Positions 31,474 through 32,000 of a stretch of 32,000 nucleotides of DNA are shown one piece after another. Under the pieces are notes generated by a model. It saw only the letters and a program-made list of their open reading frames with translations, was not told the DNA's origin and searched no databases. Position 1 is the first letter of the stretch. The number at the start of each line of letters is the position of its first letter. Origin of the DNA: Candidatus Iainarchaeum sp. (GTDB taxonomy: Archaea; Iainarchaeota; Iainarchaeia; Iainarchaeales; GCA-2688035); contig JAQTNI010000001.1 of NCBI GenBank assembly GCA_028713935.1, forward strand, positions 33,894 to 65,893, read 5' to 3'. The position numbers and the translations under genes were made by a program.

Positions 31474-32000
31474 ATGAATCTGAAAGATTCTTTCAAGCTT
31501 TCTGTTAACAGCATTTTGCACAGAAGGCTGAGAGCCTGGCTCACTCTTTTGGGAATTATTATTGGAGTCGCGGCTGTTGTTGCAATCATTTCAATTGGGG
31601 AAGGGGCACAGGCCAGTGTGCAGCAAAGGCTTTCAGGTTTGGGCGGGGATATTATTACAGTAAGCGCGGGTTTCAGCAGAGGCGGGGCTTTTGGAGGCGC
31701 TTTCAGGGGAGGCGAGCCAGGAGGAGAACAGCAGAACACTGCGTCTTCTGTTTCAACTCCGATTCTTACGAAAAGAGACATTTTGACTTTGCAGCAAAAC
31801 CCAAGCATTGTGGCCATTAACGGAATTGTTTCGGGGAGAAGCAAGCTTGTTTTTTTGTCAGAACAGTCAAATGCCACTGTTCAGGGAGTTGATCCAAACA
31901 CCTGGCAAATTATTTCGTCTGTTTCCCTGGCTTCAGGAAGGCTTCTGAATTCAAGCGATTCAACAGGAGTTATAATTGGAAACAGGATTGCAAACACAAT
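31474..32000 (+). CDS. ABC transporter permease, MacB/FtsX family (5' partial, runs off the window)
   Basis: MNLKDSFKLSVNSILHRRLRAWLTLLGIIIGVAAVVAIISIGEGAQ is the typical MacB N-terminus and first TM helix. The frame is open to the window end. Confidence 0.85.
   Translation, partial: MNLKDSFKLSVNSILHRRLRAWLTLLGIIIGVAAVVAIISIGEGAQASVQQRLSGLGGDIITVSAGFSRGGAFGGAFRGGEPGGEQQNTASSVSTPILTKRDILTLQQNPSIVAINGIVSGRSKLVFLSEQSNATVQGVDPNTWQIISSVSLASGRLLNSSDSTGVIIGNRIANT

Overview
Low-GC archaeal chromosome segment. The archaeal assignment rests on ribosomal protein eL42/L44e, a NIP7-like PUA protein, AlaX, an AdkA-type kinase, BHB-type tRNA introns and the absence of encoded CCA; small genes and many lineage-specific hypotheticals fit a DPANN-type genome. 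All functional calls come from motifs I recognise by eye, since no database search was possible. About 45 protein genes are mostly housekeeping: guaA, an RNA m5C methyltransferase, NAD(P)HX dehydratase, an SDR, a glucokinase/6PGL/6PGDH cluster, and a MacB-type ABC operon with an S-layer-like protein. Three tRNA genes (Gly-CCC, Ser-UGA, Ser-GGA) each carry a long intron (90-162 nt) at position 37/38. The introns share hairpin modules, and intron-like copies also sit outside the mature tRNA sequence. The clearly accessory region is 18.4-21.3 kb. There, the last 22 bp at the 3' end of tRNA-Ser(GGA) occur three times and delimit two tandem mini-islets of 1.36 and 1.52 kb. Each islet carries a toxin-antitoxin pair (HicBA, MNT-HEPN) followed by a paralogous, very basic protein of about 130 aa next to the att-like core. 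No recognisable integrase is present. This is my best candidate for an undescribed system. Three genes are disrupted: a radical SAM/SPASM gene (in-frame TGA), an AdkA-like kinase (in-frame TAA) and a Zn-ribbon/AbrB antitoxin (1-nt frameshift). Many ORFs in the supplied track are antisense shadows or N-terminal over-extensions, and those are not reported as genes.
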